Source: Hormiphora californensis (Eukaryota > Animalia > Ctenophora). Taken from it: a stretch of DNA of 64,000 bases. The notes beneath the pieces were generated by a model, which saw nothing but the letters and a program-made list of their open reading frames with translations, was not told where the DNA came from and searched no databases. Positions within the stretch are counted from its first letter, which is position 1, and the number at the start of each line of letters is the position of its first letter. Both the position numbers and the translations under genes were made by a program. Positions 63,001 through 64,000 of this stretch are shown piece after piece. Location: contig CM035357.1 of NCBI GenBank assembly GCA_020137815.1, forward strand, positions 4,526,001-4,590,000, read 5' to 3'.

Positions 63001-63880
63001 AAACAACCCATTGGACAGCGTTTTTAGCTTTGAACTTCCTTCGAATTTAAAAAAGGTTAAATGTATAGTCAGCCATTGATTTACCAGACCCCTGAGAGAA
63101 GGGTTTTAGGGGGGGGGGGGCGTAAGACGTTTGATTATGCCCGTAACTGACTAACCAGACAGGGATGGTTGGCGGGTTTGAGGCAGGCATGGTACATTCC
63201 AATTTGGTTTTTCTCCTGTCAGCCAAAATGTCACTCTTCGTAGTCATTGCGATCTCTTCAGCGTATGTTGGAGAATCTGAAGAAGGTAAAATATGCAATA
63301 ACTCCCGGAAAATCCTGTCTGGCGCCGTAGACCCCATCTGAGCGCACTGTCGCTGAGAATCAAATCAGGGTCTGGGTCGCCGCCAGACATGGAAAATCTA
63401 GAGTTGACTATATAAATGCAAATGTCTTCACTCACAATGTATGTCTAGTAGGAGACTGTTAGATACAACCCAGGCCTCTGAGCCATCTGCTAGGCCCACC
63501 TTGGCAAGGCACTGCAGAACACCGGGGGAAGTCCCTTCTTCCGCGGTTAATGTGTATTCATCTGACTGATCTTCTTGTAGTGTGATCTAGATTCAGGGAT
63601 AGTTTCTTTGGTGATGTTTGAAAAACCATTGATCAATTGATTAACGATCGTTCAACGACTTTCGATCGCTTTACTAAACGCTGGCTTCCTCGAACTAAAT
63701 TCTGGTAGGGATTGATAATCTCAGTTTGTCCATAAACTTTTATCAAGCAAATGAAGATCAAGCGTGGCAACACATGAACTTTATAATTTTCAATTAAATT
63801 CTACTCACTCTGTTTGAGTCCAAGGGAAGAGGAAGACTGTTACTGAGACTTGAAGCACCAGCAAAGAGGTAGGTGACTGA
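36007..63880 (-). CDS. Type I membrane protein with Ig-like domains, a sushi/CCP domain and TM; 5' end uncertain or outside the window; ~20-kb intron 61309-41252
   Basis: Exons at ~63587-63436 (VLQCLAK..LDIH), ~63277 (YSP..KLECTMPASNPP..WL), ~63040-62887+62754 (FDDGEYAC), ~62430, 62336, 61873-61702 (YGSKFKC), 61426-61310, 41251-41112, 38397-38324, 38106-37921, 37811-37701, 37378-37175 (CTRP..YTLNC..LAC..C, sushi), 36143-36007 (GAIIAIVVVTIVLVVGVAVAAVLVK). Phases match from 61873 down to the TM exon. Confidence 0.7.
36148..36490. repeat. ~82-bp G-rich tandem repeat, about 4 copies
   Basis: GAGAGGGAGAGTGTGTTAGTGATGGA..ATCTGATAGTGGGGGTAGGGGGG..; abuts the TM-exon acceptor. Confidence 0.9.
37555..37660. 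mobile_element. CAGGAACCGACCG MITE
   Basis: Family sequence with a decayed right TIR. Confidence 0.8.
38396..40806. repeat. 39-bp minisatellite (with ~42- and ~53-bp variants), ~55-60 copies, intronic
   Basis: GAAATACATACACCTGAAAGTGAACAGATTAGAGATGGA repeated. Confidence 0.97.
41276..41400 (+). repeat. Dispersed repeat CGGTCGCTTGTAG..AAAACGGTAATGGAAAACG family
   Basis: Copies at ~44924-45100 and ~61038-61225. Confidence 0.75.
43250..43464. mobile_element. Short member of the 9-bp-TSD GGT MITE family, ~120 bp upstream of the TRPA-like start codon
   Basis: GGTGGGCGGACTCTAGTGCTAA...TTAGCACTAGAGTCCGCTTACC. Confidence 0.8.
43583..59636 (+). CDS. TRPA-like ankyrin-repeat cation channel, ~961 aa, 4 exons, nested antisense in the Ig-protein intron
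   Basis: Exons 43583-43889 (AEKDSQL heptad coiled coil), 46365-46432, 49285-50208 (7 TPLx ankyrin repeats) and 58050-59636. Phases 1/0/0 give one open frame of 2886 nt. Motifs ELITHPVTETLVDIKWHHYG, six TM segments, pore IVGGIEY, and NLATGLAIGDVQKV match TRPA1 LLNHP..KW..YG and NLLIGLAVGDI. Linkage of exons 1-2 is less certain than exons 3-4. Confidence 0.88.
43930..45900 (-). mobile_element. Decayed LINE (APE endonuclease plus start of RT), frameshifted, in TRPA intron 1
   Basis: Minus-strand fragments IILAQEPP (~45475), VLDLIMTN (~44895), SDHVP (~44825), FKPLSAAGPDGI (~44240) and LASNLHKLMERLI (~44020); interrupted by a 44924-45100 repeat; outer limits approximate. Confidence 0.7.
50599..51936. 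repeat. 1.3-kb near-perfect palindrome, ~660-bp arms, 17-bp spacer
   Basis: Arms 50599-51257 and 51275-51936; mirror ORFs 50797-51063(-) and 51469(+) translate identically until a 1-bp indel. Confidence 0.93.
52184..53120. mobile_element. hAT-type non-autonomous element with 8-bp TSD
   Basis: CTTTTTGG|CAGGGGTGGATC...GATCCACCCCTG|CTTTTTGG; GC-rich subterminal block related to 22566-23051. Confidence 0.9.
53478..55206. repeat. 62-63-bp minisatellite, ~27 copies
   Basis: GGGAAGACAGTAGCAATTCGCGGCAGG..TGTATTG.GACA.GGA.CTGTTTTATAAGG repeated. Confidence 0.96.
56052..57673. mobile_element. MITE B inserted at TA in MITE A
   Basis: TA|GGGTAAGCTGGGG...CCCCAGCTTACCC|TA; subterminal GGGGCAAAGTGGCCC repeats. 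Confidence 0.88.
56455..57332. mobile_element. MITE C (long CAGTCGGACCCCG family member) inserted at TA in MITE B
   Basis: TA|CAGTCGGACCCCGATTTAGGG...CTAAATCGGGGTCCGACTG|TA. Confidence 0.88.
59675..60089. mobile_element. CAGTCGG-family MITE with an expanded 15-bp internal tandem array, just 3' of the TRPA stop
   Basis: TA|CAGTCGGGCCCCGATTTACC..(CCCCGATTTACCGGA)x~19..GGTAAATCGGGGTCCGACTG|TA. Confidence 0.9.
60307..60866. mobile_element. 9-bp-TSD GGT MITE, inverted relative to 34960-35525
   Basis: TGTGTCAAT|GGTAGGCTGACTCTAG...CTAGAGTGCGCCCACC|TGTGTGAAT. Confidence 0.8.
62148..62257. mobile_element. CAGGAACCGACCG MITE
   Basis: Complete TIRs. Confidence 0.85.
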
Positions 63881-64000
63881 AGTTACTATACTTTTATCAT
63901 ACAAACTATCTAACTGGCAACTGAACAATAGTTACATTCCCTACTAAAATATAGTTCGACGCGACGCGACGCGCGATCGATGAACGATCGATAAACGATC

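Overview
Repeat-rich, intron-dense animal genomic DNA. From memory, the MITE families (CAGTCGGACCCCGATTT..., CAGGAACCGACCG...), the LDLa-GPCR architecture and the nested-gene layout suggest a ctenophore, Pleurobrachia-like; this is inference, not a search result. All gene models were assembled by hand from GT/AG sites and phase matching. Two long host genes dominate. (1) A + strand LRP5/6-like receptor (<1-28124: EGF/YWTD propellers, 6 LDLa, TM, tail without canonical PPPSP motifs) hosts four antisense nested genes: an LDLa-GPCR, two rhodopsin-class GPCRs and an F-type lectin. (2) A - strand Ig + sushi + TM protein (~63880-36007) has a ~20 kb intron containing an intact 4-exon TRPA-like channel with unusually long, surface-variable ankyrin repeats. 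Between the hosts lie a candidate small secreted cationic peptide gene and a secreted MACPF protein with a probable beta-trefoil tail. The rest is MITEs (TA, TTAA, 8-bp, 9-bp and 5/6-bp TSD classes, one triple-nested), two LINE relics, a 1.3-kb palindrome, and satellites, one of which is an amplified splice-acceptor/donor cassette.
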